64,000 nt of DNA from positions 925 through 64,924 of the forward strand of contig JBJOKR010000003.1 of assembly GCA_046045995.1 (NCBI GenBank), in the 5' to 3' direction. The position numbers and the translations under genes were made by a program. Position 1 is the first letter of the stretch; each line of letters begins with the position of its first letter. Under the pieces are notes generated by a model. That model was not told where the DNA came from. It saw only the letters and a program-made list of their open reading frames with translations, and ran no database searches. The stretch comes from Pseudomonadota bacterium (GTDB taxonomy: Bacteria; Pseudomonadota; Alphaproteobacteria; Azospirillales; Azospirillaceae). Below, piece by piece: positions 53,908 to 62,836 of the stretch.

Positions 53908-56418
53908 TCAGAACCGGACCTGGGTCCGGACGTAGTAATAGGCGCCGTTGAAGCCGATGGGGCTCAACACGTCATAGGGGAAGTTGCCGAAATAGCTGAT
54001 GTCGGCGATCGACCGGTCGGGGTAGTTGTCCAGCACATTGTTGCCGCCCACCGCGATGGTCACCGCCTCCGTCACGTCGTAGGACACCTCCAGGTCGATG
54101 GCCCATTCGGCGCCATAGGTCTGGGTGGGGGTGAAGCCGCCGCCGAAATCGAAGACGCGGGTCGTCTCCCCATGCCGGGTGCCGCGCAGCAGCAGGCCCA
54201 GGGCATCACGGTCATAGCTGGCCGACAGGATCAGCTTGTCCCGGGGTGCCGCCTCCTCCAGGGTGTTGCGCTCCTCCGTCCCGACCAGGGTCGGGCTGCC
54301 GCCCAGGCCGACCAGGACGGCGGGCGTGGCCTTCACCCGGTCGATCTCCGTCTTGGCGTAGTTATAGGCGGCGGTCAGGTCCAGGCGGCCATCCGCAACC
54401 TCCCCCGTCCAGGTGGCGACCACGTCCACGCCTTCTGTCGTGGTGTCCACGGCGTTGGTGAAGAAGTTCACACTTTCCACCCCCTGGATGCCCAGGCGGC
54501 TGCGCACCAGGGCGCCGACACCGCTGAACCGTTCGGACAGGGTGACCCGATCCTCCACCTCGATCCGGAACAGGTCGACCGTCACGGTCAGGCCGTTGCC
54601 CAGATCGCCGGTGATGCCAGCACTGGTGTTGAAGGCTGATTCTTCCTCCAGATCCTCCGCCCCCAGCAGCCGGCCGATGGGGCTGTCCACGGCCACGGTG
54701 CGGATGGTGGTCAGCGCCCCGCCATCCCCCAGGTTGATGGAGGAGAACTGGAACGCCGTCTGGGCCAGCGAGGGCGCGCGCACGTTGCTGGACACGGCCC
54801 CGCGCAGGGCGAACCCGTCGGTCAGGGCGAAGCGGCCGGACAGCTTGCCGGTCAGGGTATCGCCGAAATCGCTGTAATGCTCATACCGCCCGGCGATGCC
54901 CAGGGTCAGGCGCTCCACCACCTGCCCCTCCAGGTCGGCATAGAAGCCGATCACGTCGCGGTCGGCATCGGCCGTATCCTCCGGCGCCAGGCCGGGGCCC
55001 GCCTGGGCACCGATGGCCAGCGGGCGGGGGCCCGCGACATAACCGGCACGGTCGCCGGCCGTCGTCTCGAACCACTCCCGCCGGGCTTCCGCCCCCACGG
55101 CCAGCAGCAGCGGGCCGGCCAGACCCGCCTGGAACTCCCGCGTGGCATCCAGGTTCAGGCTGGCCTGATCGTAGCGGAAGGTGGCCAGGTGGAACTCGGT
55201 CGGGCTGTCCGTCCCCAGGGACGGGTTGAGCGACCGGCGCACACCGCTGTCGAACTCATTCATGCCGTAGGTCAGGCCGGCATCCCAGCTCCACCCCGCC
55301 GCCTCCCCGCGCAGGCCGCCGGTCGCAGCCAGATCCAGGTTCTCACCCGTCGTTTCCGGCCGGTAGCCGTTGGGGAAGATGGCCGGAACGGCCTGGAACC
55401 CGTCGGGGAAGCGGAAGAAGGCGGAGCCGACGCTTTCCCGGTAGCCGGCCGTGCCGAAGCCATAGGCGACAAGCCCGCCGGAAAGCGGCACCTCCGCATT
55501 CACGAAGCTGTTGAACCCGTCCACATCCGGGTCGCCGGCATTGAACTGGTTGGCCGCCGCCGCCGCCCGGTTGGCCGCGGTATTCGCTTCGAAGAAGGGC
55601 AATTCCCCCGGGGCGGCACGCTTGGTGGCGTTGCGGGCGGTGTATTCCCCGCCGATGCGGATGAACCCGCCATCGCCCAGGCCGAAGCCGTAATCGGCAT
55701 TGGCCACATAGGTCTGACCGTCGGTGATGCTGTCATCCAGGGGATCGAAATCCGTGTGGTGCAGGCCGAAACTGGCGGAGGCCTGGCCCCCTTCGGCCCC
55801 GCCCTTCAGCACCAGGTTGACCACGCCCGCCACCGCGTCGGACCCGTACAGGGCGCCCGCACCATCGCGCAGCACCTCCACCCGCTCCACCGCGTTCACG
55901 GGGATGGTGTTCAGGTCCACCGGGGCGGTGCCGCGGCCAATCTTGCTTTCGATGTTCAGCACGGCGGAGCTGTGGCGCCGCTTGCCGTTCACCAGCACCA
56001 GCACCTGATCCGGGCTCATCCCCCGGATCTGGGCGGATCGGATGCTGTCGGCAGTGCCGGAATTGGACTGGCGGGGGAAGTTCACCGACGGGACCAGGGT
56101 CTGCAAGACCTGCCCGACCTCCCCGCCCAGGGTGGCGGCGCGGGTGATGTCCGCGGCGGAGATCACATCGACGGGCACCGCACTTTCCAGCACCGTCCGG
56201 GGCTTGCCGCGCGAGCCGACAACCACGATCTCCTCCAGCGGGGCGTCACCCTGGCCGACGACGGGGGCAGGTGCTGCCGTCTGGGCGGATGCACCGGCCA
56301 CCGGGAAGGCGGCCAGTCCGGCCAGGAGGGCCACCGCACTGGCCTGGAGCCCGCGAAGCCCGATCCGGCCGACCAAGCCGGTGGGATATTCCTGCGGGCG
56401 GGAACGGCGGACGATCAT
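53908..56418 (-). CDS. TonB-dependent receptor
   Basis: AAGGAG lies 8 nt before ATG 56418. Signal peptide, a plug LEEIVVVGSRGKPRT...IRGMSPDQVLVLVNGKR, a barrel, and a terminal YYYVRTQVRF. Confidence 0.9.
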   Translation of the reverse strand: MIVRRSRPQEYPTGLVGRIGLRGLQASAVALLAGLAAFPVAGASAQTAAPAPVVGQGDAPLEEIVVVGSRGKPRTVLESAVPVDVISAADITRAATLGGEVGQVLQTLVPSVNFPRQSNSGTADSIRSAQIRGMSPDQVLVLVNGKRRHSSAVLNIESKIGRGTAPVDLNTIPVNAVERVEVLRDGAGALYGSDAVAGVVNLVLKGGAEGGQASASFGLHHTDFDPLDDSITDGQTYVANADYGFGLGDGGFIRIGGEYTARNATKRAAPGELPFFEANTAANRAAAAANQFNAGDPDVDGFNSFVNAEVPLSGGLVAYGFGTAGYRESVGSAFFRFPDGFQAVPAIFPNGYRPETTGENLDLAATGGLRGEAAGWSWDAGLTYGMNEFDSGVRRSLNPSLGTDSPTEFHLATFRYDQASLNLDATREFQAGLAGPLLLAVGAEARREWFETTAGDRAGYVAGPRPLAIGAQAGPGLAPEDTADADRDVIGFYADLEGQVVERLTLGIAGRYEHYSDFGDTLTGKLSGRFALTDGFALRGAVSSNVRAPSLAQTAFQFSSINLGDGGALTTIRTVAVDSPIGRLLGAEDLEEESAFNTSAGITGDLGNGLTVTVDLFRIEVEDRVTLSERFSGVGALVRSRLGIQGVESVNFFTNAVDTTTEGVDVVATWTGEVADGRLDLTAAYNYAKTEIDRVKATPAVLVGLGGSPTLVGTEERNTLEEAAPRDKLILSASYDRDALGLLLRGTRHGETTRVFDFGGGFTPTQTYGAEWAIDLEVSYDVTEAVTIAVGGNNVLDNYPDRSIADISYFGNFPYDVLSPIGFNGAYYYVRTQVRF

Positions 56419-56636
56419 GACGGACACTCCTTCGGCTTTCGACCCGGCCCGGCCGTTCAACATACCGGGCGTGTGGTAATGGTTATTTGTCTAGTAAAGT
56501 AATGTGGAATTATCCGCGTCAATGTGTTTTCTACTGCATCCTTGCCGGGTCGCTGTAGGATGCCCCGGCACCGTTGCAACAATCCCACAGAGGATGCCGG
56601 CCCTGTCCCGGGGTCCGGCGCGGAAACCGACCGACG

Positions 56637-57485
56637 ATGAACCGCCGCCGCCTGCTGTCCACTGCCTTGGCCGCCGCCTTGCCCGGCTTCCTGTCCGTGA
56701 CCGCCCTTGCGGGGGCGATGGTCACCGGCCGCCCCGCCCTGGCGCGGGAGCCGATGCTGGACCGCATCCGCGCCCGCGGTACGATCCGGGTGGGCACGAC
56801 GGGGGATTACTTCCCCTATTCCTTCCGGGATGTGCGCAGCGGATCCTTCATCGGCCATGATGTGGATCTGGCGAAGCGGCTGGCCGCCGATCTGGGCGTG
56901 GGGGTGGAATTCGTCCAGGCCACCTGGCCCACCATCGTGGCGGGGTTGCGGGCGGGGAAATACGACATCGCTGCCAGTGGCATCACCATCACGCCGGAAC
57001 GGGCCCGGGCCGTCGCCTTCAGCCGGTCCTACCTGTCCCCCGCCTTCGTCGCCATCGTCCCGGCCACGGCGGCAGCGGGGTATGCGAGTTGGCGTGACCT
57101 GGACCGGCCGGGCATCACCATCTCCCTGCAACAGGGAACGGCCCCCGAAACGGCGGCGAAGCGGGCCTTCACCCAGGCGCGGCTGGTGTCGGTGATGGAA
57201 CCGGTGATCGACTTCACGGAGGTGCTGGCCGGACGCGCCGATGCCACCATCACCGACAACCTGTATTTCGCCACCAAGATCCGCAGCGAATACCCCCAGC
57301 TTGCCATGGTCGGCGGGGAGCCGCTGGCGGAGGCGGAGACGGGCCTGATGACCCGCCAGGGGGAGGAGGCGCTGGTCGCCTGGATCGATGCCTGGATCGG
57401 GGAGCGCAAGGCAGACGGGTTCCTGGACCAGCTTTACCGCACCTGGTTCGAGGCCGGGGGAGCCGGGGCCGGGGGCGCCCGGTGA
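56637..57485 (+). CDS. Family-3 solute-binding protein (amino-acid ABC SBP / cyclohexadienyl-dehydratase-like)
   Basis: Tat/Sec-like leader MNRRRLLSTALAAAL, then IRVGTTGDYFPYSF...GHDVDLAKRLAADLGVGVEFV..W..IVAGL..GKYDIAASGITITPER. Confidence 0.8.
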   Translation: MNRRRLLSTALAAALPGFLSVTALAGAMVTGRPALAREPMLDRIRARGTIRVGTTGDYFPYSFRDVRSGSFIGHDVDLAKRLAADLGVGVEFVQATWPTIVAGLRAGKYDIAASGITITPERARAVAFSRSYLSPAFVAIVPATAAAGYASWRDLDRPGITISLQQGTAPETAAKRAFTQARLVSVMEPVIDFTEVLAGRADATITDNLYFATKIRSEYPQLAMVGGEPLAEAETGLMTRQGEEALVAWIDAWIGERKADGFLDQLYRTWFEAGGAGAGGAR

Positions 57486-58324
57486 GCCTGCCCGACCGTA
57501 CTGCACCGGCCCACCGCGGCCTGCGCCGCGTTGTCACCAGCGCCCTGCGCCGCCACACCCCCCGCCTGATCGCCCTCTGCGCCCTGCCGCTGCTGGCCGG
57601 GTGCGGGGAGGGGTGGGCGGTGATCAGCCCCACGGATCCGGAGGGGTTGGCCAATCTGCGCTTCCTTCTGGCCGGGGTGGGCCTGACCCTGGGGCTCAGC
57701 GCCATCGCCCTGCTGGCGGGCGTGTTGCTGGGGCTTGCACTGGCGGCGCTGCGGCTGTGGGGCAACCGGGCGGCGCGGCTGCTGGCGGCAGGCTATGTGG
57801 AGCTGATCCGCGCCCTGCCGCTGTTCGTGCTCCTGCTCTGGGTCTATTACGCCCTGCCCATCGTGGTGGAAGGGATGCCGGAGGATGGTTGGGGCCGGGC
57901 CCTGCTGGGCTGGACCGCCGGCCTTTCCCCCTTCACCGCCGCGGCCCTGGCGCTGGGCCTGAACGCGGCCGCCTTCCTGTCGGAAATCTTCCGGGCGGGG
58001 ATCGAGGGCATTCCCCGCGGGCAGGTGGAAGCGGCCCGTGCCCTGGGCATGACGCCGTGGCAGATCTTCCGCCTGGTCATCCTGCCCCAGGCCCTGCGGC
58101 AGATGCTGTCGCCCACCATCGGGCAGTTCATCCAGACGGTGAAGGACAGCTCCCTTGCCTCCGTCCTGGGCCTGGCGGAGCTGACCCGGCGGGCGACGGA
58201 GCTGCAGACCCAGACCTACCGCCCGCTGGAAATCTATACCCTGCTGGCCCTGGAATACCTTGTGCTGCTGCTGATTCTGTCCCAGGTGGCCCGCTGGATC
58301 GAACGGCGCAGCCGGCCCCGCTGA
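57482..58324 (+). CDS. Amino-acid ABC transporter permease (His/Glu/Gln/Arg/opine family)
   Basis: GTG start overlaps the SBP stop (GTGA). Contains YVELIRALPLFVLLLWVYY and the EAA-like loop EIFRAGIEGIPRGQVEAARALGMTPWQ. Confidence 0.85.
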   Translation: MSLPDRTAPAHRGLRRVVTSALRRHTPRLIALCALPLLAGCGEGWAVISPTDPEGLANLRFLLAGVGLTLGLSAIALLAGVLLGLALAALRLWGNRAARLLAAGYVELIRALPLFVLLLWVYYALPIVVEGMPEDGWGRALLGWTAGLSPFTAAALALGLNAAAFLSEIFRAGIEGIPRGQVEAARALGMTPWQIFRLVILPQALRQMLSPTIGQFIQTVKDSSLASVLGLAELTRRATELQTQTYRPLEIYTLLALEYLVLLLILSQVARWIERRSRPR

Positions 58325-58355
58325 CGGCATCGGCGCGGGCGGTCGGGACGTCACA

Positions 58356-59393
58356 CTACTCGGTCCAGGGGTCGCCCGGGGCGCCGTTTCCGGCGGCGAT
58401 GGTGCCGGCGCGGCGCAGGGCCTCCAGACTGTCGGCCATGGTCCGCATGCCGAAGCGGCTGCCCATCTGGATCATGGAGGTGATCTGGGCGATCTTGTTC
58501 TCCCGGATCAGGGAGCGGACGGCGGGGGTGGCCACCAGCACCTCATGGGCGGCCACCCGCCCGCGCCCGTCGGCCCGGGGCAGCAGCACCTGGGCGATCA
58601 CGGCCTGGAGCGATCCGGCCAGCATGGCGCGGGCCATGTCCTTGGTGGGGCCTGGGAAGACATCGATGATGCGGTCCACCGCCTTGGCGGCCGATGCGGT
58701 GTGCAGGGTGCCAAGGACCAGATGCCCCGTCTCCGCCGCGGTCAGGGCCATCTGGATGGTTTCGGGATCGCGCAGCTCCCCCACCAGGATGATGTCCGGA
58801 TCCTCCCGCAGGGCGGCGCGCAGGGCGGTGGCGAAGCTGGCCGTATCGCGCCCGATCTCCCGCTGGCTGACCAGCCCGCCGGGGGCCGCATGCACATATT
58901 CCACCGGGTCCTCGATGGTGATGACATGGGCATTCTGCCGGGACAGGATATGCCCCACCATCGCCGCCAGGGTGGAGGATTTGCCGCTGCCCGTCGGTCC
59001 CGTCACCAGGATCAGCCCGGTGGGCAGGGCCGACAGATCCATCAGGATCGGCGGGGCGCCCAGGTCGGCCAGTGTGGGCACCCGGTCGGGCACCACGCGG
59101 AAGGCCGCCGCCGGGCCGCGCAGGGTGCGGTAGGCATTGCCGCGGTAGCGCAAGCCCTCCATTTCCAGGGAGAAATCGATGTCCCCCGTCTCCCGGTAGC
59201 GGGCGCGCAGGTCGGCCGGCATCGCCGCCGACAGCATGGCCTCCAGCCCTGCCGGGTCCAGGCCGGGCCCGGCCACCGGTTCCAGCCGGCCATTCAGCCG
59301 CAGGGTCGGCGCCAGCCCCGCCGACAGATGCAGGTCGGACGCGCCGCGCGCCCGGGCCAGGGCCAGCAGGTCGGCCAGGGTCGGGTCCATCAT
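58356..59393 (-). CDS. pilT: Type IV pilus retraction ATPase PilT
   Basis: Walker A GPTGSGKSSTLAAM, ITIEDPVEY, Walker B/Asp box ALREDPDIILVGELRD, GHLVLGTLHT, and the PilT-type helix AVRSLIRENK. Confidence 0.9.
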   Translation of the reverse strand: MMDPTLADLLALARARGASDLHLSAGLAPTLRLNGRLEPVAGPGLDPAGLEAMLSAAMPADLRARYRETGDIDFSLEMEGLRYRGNAYRTLRGPAAAFRVVPDRVPTLADLGAPPILMDLSALPTGLILVTGPTGSGKSSTLAAMVGHILSRQNAHVITIEDPVEYVHAAPGGLVSQREIGRDTASFATALRAALREDPDIILVGELRDPETIQMALTAAETGHLVLGTLHTASAAKAVDRIIDVFPGPTKDMARAMLAGSLQAVIAQVLLPRADGRGRVAAHEVLVATPAVRSLIRENKIAQITSMIQMGSRFGMRTMADSLEALRRAGTIAAGNGAPGDPWTE

Positions 59394-59412
59394 GCCTCTC
59401 TCTGTTTCGGTC

Positions 59413-60225
59413 TCATTGCCCGGTTGCCGGGGCGCCGGTGAGAGCGCCGGCGGGGGCTGTTCCCGGGGCTTCCGCCGGGCCGGCCGCCGCTCCTCCTGTG
59501 CCGCCGCGCAGGGCGGCCAGCCGGGCGCGCACCTGGGTCAGGGGCACCCCGGTCGTCGGCGGCAGGGACAGGACCTGTTCATAGCCGGCGATGGCGGCAG
59601 GGACATCGCCCAGCCTGTCCCGCGCCACGGCCAGGTTGTGGGCCACGGCCGCATGGTCCGGCAGAGCGGTTGCCGCCATCTCGAACTCCGCCGCTGCCGC
59701 TTCCCACTGGCCGCGCTGGGCCTCCAGCCGGCCGATGCGCACGGCCAGCCAGGGATCGCCCGGGCGACCGGCGCGCAGGCGGCGCAGATCGGCCAGCCCC
59801 ACCTCCGGCTCCTCCTCCGCCACCAGCCCGGCCAGCCCGACGACGGCACCCGGATGGTCCGGGTCCAGGCGCAGGGCCGACTGATAGGCCGCCGCCGCTT
59901 CCGCCCTGAGGCCCATCGCCTCCAGCGCCCGGCCGCGGCCGTATTGGATCACCGCGGCGGACGGGTCCAGGCGCAGCGCCTTGTCATACAGGGCCGCCGC
60001 TTCCGCCGGGCGGCCGGTGGCCAGGGCGTGGTCGGCGTTGCGGACCAGCCGGTCCACATCGTCGGTGCGGTCGGTGGCGACGACCGTCGGCTCCCGCGCC
60101 GATGCCGGTTCCGCGGTACCCGCCAGCGCCGCCAGGGCCGCCAGCAGCGCCACCCCCGCCATCCCGGCCCTTGCTGATCCGGCCCTGCCCGCGACCCAAC
60201 CCATCCTATGGTCCTTCCCCATCAT
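59413..60225 (-). CDS. Secreted TPR-repeat protein (pilus-operon associated)
   Basis: ATG 60225 overlaps the upstream TGA (ATGA). Leader MAGVALLAALAALAGTAEPASA, then TPRs (AAALYDKALRLDPS..., AAAYQSALRLDPDHP...). The longer 531-aa track ORF is rejected. Confidence 0.6.
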   Translation of the reverse strand: MMGKDHRMGWVAGRAGSARAGMAGVALLAALAALAGTAEPASAREPTVVATDRTDDVDRLVRNADHALATGRPAEAAALYDKALRLDPSAAVIQYGRGRALEAMGLRAEAAAAYQSALRLDPDHPGAVVGLAGLVAEEEPEVGLADLRRLRAGRPGDPWLAVRIGRLEAQRGQWEAAAAEFEMAATALPDHAAVAHNLAVARDRLGDVPAAIAGYEQVLSLPPTTGVPLTQVRARLAALRGGTGGAAAGPAEAPGTAPAGALTGAPATGQ

Positions 60226-61112
60226 CCAACCCACCCGAAACCATCCAGTCCCGTGCCCCACCCGGCCGGGGGCAGCAATAGAAGCACCATCAGCGCCAGG
60301 GCCAGGGCCGGGCCGAAGGGCAGGACACCGTCCCCGTCCGAGCCCATCTCCTCCCCCTCCCCCTCCCCGATCTCCTCCCGCCCAGCGGGGCCGCCTTGCC
60401 CGACCAGCCGGGTGGCCCCGGCCATGGCCAGCCCGCCGATCCCGGCCAGCAGCAGGAACGGGGCCAGGGCGGCCGGGCCCAGCCACAGGCCGGCCACGGC
60501 GAAAAGCTTCACATCCCCCAGGCCCATCGCCTCCCGCCCGGTGCGCCAGGAGACGGCGGCCCGCACGGCCAGGGCCACACCGGCGAACAGCCCGGCCCCG
60601 GCCAGAACGGTTCCCCAGCCGATCTGCCCGGTCAGGGGCGGCACCAGGGCCAGAAGCCCGGCCAAGGCCGTCACCCCGTCGGGCAGGTACAGGTGGTCCA
60701 GGTCGATCAGGGCCGCCAGCAGCAGCAGCGTGCCCAGGCTGCCCAGCAGCAGGGTCCGCCCGATCTCCCCCGTCGCCAGCAGGCAACCGACCCACAGGGC
60801 CGCCGTCGCCAGCTCCACCACCGCATAGCGGGGGCTGACCGGGGTGCCGCAGTGGCGGCAACGGCCCCGCGCCGCCAGCCAGGACAGCACCGGCACAAGA
60901 TCCCGCACGCCCAGCCGTGTTCCGCAGGCGGGGCATGCCGACCGGCCGGTCAGGCCGATCCGCCGCGGCAGGCGCCAGGTGGCGGCGGCGATGAAACTGC
61001 CCAGGCACAGGCCGACCATCAGGATCGCCGTCAGGAGATACAGCCGCAGCACCGGATCGGCGGGCAGCCCCGCCGCCAGGGGCGCGATCAGGATATCGGG
61101 GTTCCAGGTCAC
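60222..61112 (-). CDS. pilD: Prepilin peptidase (A24 family, PilD-like)
   Basis: GTG 61112 overlaps the PilZ-gene stop (GTGA). Zn-cluster CPACGT...CRHCGTPVSPRY, first catalytic Asp in LIDLDHLYLPD, second in GLGDVKLFAVAG. Confidence 0.85.
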   Translation of the reverse strand: MTWNPDILIAPLAAGLPADPVLRLYLLTAILMVGLCLGSFIAAATWRLPRRIGLTGRSACPACGTRLGVRDLVPVLSWLAARGRCRHCGTPVSPRYAVVELATAALWVGCLLATGEIGRTLLLGSLGTLLLLAALIDLDHLYLPDGVTALAGLLALVPPLTGQIGWGTVLAGAGLFAGVALAVRAAVSWRTGREAMGLGDVKLFAVAGLWLGPAALAPFLLLAGIGGLAMAGATRLVGQGGPAGREEIGEGEGEEMGSDGDGVLPFGPALALALMVLLLLPPAGWGTGLDGFGWVG

Positions 61113-61534
61113 CGTGTCGTCCCAGCCCCAGGCCCGATCCCGCCCAGGCCCGACCCGGTGCCTGGTTCCACGCCTTGCCCGGTCTCGGCCGCCGAATGGA
61201 CCCGCATCACGGCCGCGGCGTCCACCTTGTCGATGAAGCCCACATGCTTCACATCGCCCTTGTCGGCGACCACGCGCCCGGCCACCGGCCCCTCGATCCC
61301 CGGCAGCACCAGCCGCACGGGCGACAGTAGCTGGGCCGATTCCTCGAAATAAATGGCGCATCCCAGAGGCGACAGGTCAAGGACCACACATTCCCAGGGC
61401 TGGGCATCCTCCTCCGGGAAGACGATGGCCGCCCGGATGAAGGTCTTCGTCCGTTCCGCCCGGCGGCGGTTCTGGGCGGCATCCGCGGCGGCGACGGCCG
61501 GATGGGATTCAGGCGGCAGGGGCGGCATGGCCAT
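61109..61534 (-). CDS. PilZ domain protein (c-di-GMP receptor motifs intact)
   Basis: RxxxR in QNRRRAERTK and DxSxxG in VLDLSPLGCAIYF. Start is ATG 61534, or ATG 61528 which is 8 nt after GGAGG. Confidence 0.7.
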   Translation of the reverse strand: MAMPPLPPESHPAVAAADAAQNRRRAERTKTFIRAAIVFPEEDAQPWECVVLDLSPLGCAIYFEESAQLLSPVRLVLPGIEGPVAGRVVADKGDVKHVGFIDKVDAAAVMRVHSAAETGQGVEPGTGSGLGGIGPGAGTTR

Positions 61535-61574
61535 CACCTCCAGGATGCGGGGCCAGGGTGCGGGGGCGGCGGGG

Positions 61575-62225
61575 TCATGGGCAGTCCTCCCCCAGCGGGG
61601 CGCTTTCCGTCCAGGGATCCCCCGTCACGGCTGGCGGCGGTATTGTCCCCCCGTCGGTCCTTCCGTGGGGGGAGTGTGCCACGACCGCGCCCGGCGCGCC
61701 ATCGCCGCCCGCGGTTTGTGGGATAACCGGCCAGGCCCGCCTCTCCCCCACGCGCAGGCGCAAGCTCTGGCGCGTTCCCGTGGTCGGATCGACCCGGACC
61801 AGGGTGACATTGTCCGCCTGCACCCGGGCGGCGGCGATGTCGGGCGGCAGGCGCCCCGGCTCCCCCAGCCGGCCGTTCACCCGGAAGGACCAGGCATCGG
61901 GGGCGGCATAAACCAGGCTGGACAGATGGGCCATGCGCGCGGGCGGCCCCACCGCCTCCTCCCGCGCCGACCGGGCTGCCTCCACCCGGCTTCCGCCATC
62001 GCCGTCAGCGGTCGCCACCCGGCGGGTCTGGGCGCAGGCCAACCGCCGACGCTCCGCCGCGGAGAACAGAAGGGACCGCTGCGGCGCCCCCGCGGCTTGT
62101 GCCGCCTGGGTCGGGGCCTGGGCTGCGGCCGGAAGGGCAGGGGGCAATACCGCCAGCAGCAGAAGCACGGCGCCGGTCAGCGGGCCGACCGTCGCAAGAG
62201 GATGGGTGGGGCGGTACCGGATCAT
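61575..62225 (-). CDS. Hypothetical secreted protein, PilP-like by pattern
   Basis: Signal-anchor GAVLLLLAVLPPALPAAAQA. The C-terminal segment LSSLVYAAPDAWSFRVNGR...VTLVRVD resembles the PilP/MshK beta-sandwich pattern. ATG overlaps the upstream TGA (ATGA). Confidence 0.4.
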   Translation of the reverse strand: MIRYRPTHPLATVGPLTGAVLLLLAVLPPALPAAAQAPTQAAQAAGAPQRSLLFSAAERRRLACAQTRRVATADGDGGSRVEAARSAREEAVGPPARMAHLSSLVYAAPDAWSFRVNGRLGEPGRLPPDIAAARVQADNVTLVRVDPTTGTRQSLRLRVGERRAWPVIPQTAGGDGAPGAVVAHSPHGRTDGGTIPPPAVTGDPWTESAPLGEDCP

Positions 62226-62836
62226 GGTTCGGCCTCCACCGGTACCAGGGTGACCCAGCTCAGCCGCAGATCCAGCCGGGCGACGGCGGCGGGACCTGTG
62301 CCATCGCTCAGCCAGTCCTCCGGCCCGTCATCGCCGCGGCGAAGGGTCATGCGCGATACCCGCAGCAGTGCCCCTTCCGCCACCACCTCCAGCCGCAGGA
62401 AGGACAGCAGGTCCAGGTCATCCGCCGCGGTCAGCGTCACCTCCACCGGGATCAGGCGGCGCAGCACCTGCACCTGCCCGACCTGAAGCCGCTGCTCCTC
62501 GATCGGCAGGAACTGATAGGCCGCCCCGTCGATGCCGATCTCCGCCATGCGCGAATCCAGCCGGTCGGCCAGGGCAATGCGGTCCGGCTGGTCGAAGGCA
62601 CCCGCCTGGTCCAGGCGCCGCCAGTCATCGGCCATGCGGTCCAGCAGGGACAGATCCTCCTCCGCCCGGGCGATCTGGGCGGCCATGGTGTCCCGCTGCC
62701 CCATCAGGTCGGCCAGGTCGGCCTGGTGCTGGATCAGCATTGGAAAGGTCAGGAAGCTGCGTGCCAGCCACAGGGCGGCCAGCAGGCCGATGGCGACCAG
62801 CAAGGGGCGCAGTGCCTTCGGATCGATCTGGATCAT
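62222..62836 (-). CDS. PilO/GspM-like pilus assembly protein
   Basis: From ATG 62836 (ATGA overlap). One TM segment (LLVAIGLLAALWLA), a coiled coil, then ...IGIDGAAYQFLPIEE...PVEVTLTAADDLDLLSFLRLE.., the PilO-like arrangement. Confidence 0.45.
   Translation of the reverse strand: MIQIDPKALRPLLVAIGLLAALWLARSFLTFPMLIQHQADLADLMGQRDTMAAQIARAEEDLSLLDRMADDWRRLDQAGAFDQPDRIALADRLDSRMAEIGIDGAAYQFLPIEEQRLQVGQVQVLRRLIPVEVTLTAADDLDLLSFLRLEVVAEGALLRVSRMTLRRGDDGPEDWLSDGTGPAAVARLDLRLSWVTLVPVEAEP

Noticed and set aside
56419-56636. Riboswitch (for example cobalamin or TPP) or Fur box in the AT-rich leader between the third TonB-dependent receptor and the SBP gene
   Set aside because: No B12-box-like or TPP-like conserved core and no GATAATGATAATCATTATC-like sequence could be recognised. 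Only a short GCATCCT/AGGATGC inverted repeat is present.
57388-59133. 581-aa plus-strand ORF running from the SBP end through the permease and antisense into pilT
   Set aside because: It is out of frame with the SBP and permease genes and antisense to PilT, and it has no motifs.
59413-61008. The 531-aa track ORF treated as a single gene
   Set aside because: Only the C-terminal 270 aa (from ATG 60225) look like a real signal-peptide-plus-TPR protein. The N-terminal half overlaps the prepilin peptidase gene out of frame and is Gly/Arg/Pro-rich.
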